Part shown: positions 62,052-64,000 of the stretch, piece after piece
How the letters are laid out: the number at the start of each line of letters is the position of its first letter
How positions within the stretch are numbered: the stretch's first letter is position 1
Source of the DNA: the human T2T-CHM13v2.0 reference genome, Homo sapiens
NCBI RefSeq assembly: GCF_009914755.1
Contig: NC_060926.1
Direction: 5' to 3' (one strand)
Length of the DNA: 64,000 nucleotides
Notes under the pieces: model-generated
The model's database searches: none
What the model was told of the DNA's origin: nothing
The model's input: only the letters and a program-made list of their open reading frames with translations
Program-made: the position numbers and the translations under genes

Positions 62052-63106
62052 TCAGTAGTTAGAGTAACCAGGAATATTCATGGAGTAATTTAAAGGTGCA
62101 GAAAGCTATCAGGTACCAAAACAGCTATTTTTATTGGCCTAATATTGTGTTTGTGCTTCACATCATCAAATAATCTTTTGGGTTGGATCTAGTATTTTAA
62201 ATAGAAGGCCTTGTTAAAGCAGAATATGAGTTTGTGAAGGCACACATTGTTTGTCTCCAGATTAATTCAATGTGTTAGCGAAGTGTCCTGGAGCAGGATC
62301 TCGTGTCAATCCATGGGACAACTATCCTTAAAAGGGTGCTGGGCCACTTTTACCTATATGCCTAGGGAACTTTTGCTTGTGGAAAACATGACCTACTCCC
62401 ATAGGCTGTTGTCACCTTAAATAATACTTTATTTTAGGGATGGAAGAGATTTGGGGTATCCTTTTCATTTGGACTCATATGCATATGCGTAACCTTACAA
62501 TCTGGTATGTTACAGGATACCATTGCAGTTTTCTACCGAGCCCACTATGTAATATTCAAAATTATACCTGAATGTCCTTAGAGAAAATGTGATAACCTGG
62601 GAAAAATGTGTAATAATAACCTGCTGAACCTTTTAATAATGACTTGCCACAAGTAAAATATTCTCATTTACACCTATACCTATCTAATCTACCTGGTTTA
62701 CATCCTTCTCTGCGAAACAGCTAGTAAACTAGTGATTAATCTTCCTCTTTATTCTACAACATCTTTCAGACCAAAGGCCAAATTTTATATTTTAGCAGGT
62801 TTCATTTTATTGATATATTATTACTCACTTTTTCAAAATTGAATCATTGCTGTACTGAGAAATACCAAAAAGTATAATATGATCCCTGCCTTCCCTTACC
62901 CAACAATTTCCTGGGTTGGCCTTGTCTCCTCCATGCCTATCCAGGAAATTGTTGCATTCAAGTAAGATGACATGTAAGGGCCCAAGTAAGTGGTAAATTA
63001 CATGCTCAATATGTGTTTGAAGAGCCAAAGAAGACTTCAGTTGAGGAAATGATGTTGAACAGGGTCTCGAAAAGATGTATGAGACATCAATAGAAAAAGT
63101 GAAGAG

Positions 63107-63761
<655 letters not shown>

Positions 63762-64000
63762 CTAATGTGTGGCAAATACTATTCTAGGAGATAAACAGCC
63801 CTGCTCTCAAGTTGCTCACAGTAGATTTGGAGAAAATTATAGTACAAATTCAATTGTTATGGAAGTGAAAGCCCAGGATGTTGTGGGAGTACATGGCAAA
63901 GATACTTAATCCAGTCTTGCTGAATTGGGTAACTTTTTGATAACTATGATGACTGTCAAAATGTGAATAAGAATTAAGAGATGAGCAATGACTCTCTAAG

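Overview
Human (hominid) genomic DNA containing the 3' part of BMPR2 (BMP type II receptor Ser/Thr kinase) on the + strand. It covers coding exons 4-13, from the transmembrane exon through the kinase domain and the 1280-bp exon 12 tail to the stop at 53210-53212, plus a ~7.8 kb 3' UTR ending near 61.0 kb. All exon boundaries are canonical AG/GT and the phases join into one frame. Exon numbering is from recalled BMPR2 structure. Introns are very Alu-dense (dozens of copies, many nested, including a human-specific AluYb8-type). They also hold a full-length antisense SVA in intron 9, a sense RPL13A processed pseudogene with its long 3' UTR in intron 7, a MER47-like Tigger relic and old L1/L2/L3/MIR fragments. 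I see no new multi-gene system. The most unusual signals are local templated-copy scars: a 51-bp copy of the intron 6/exon 7 junction inside an Alu in intron 5, and a 75-bp copy of nearby L1 DNA at a broken Alu in intron 10. Nearly all short ORFs in the supplied track are Alu, SVA or simple-repeat artefacts. Repeat boundaries are approximate and subfamily calls are by eye.
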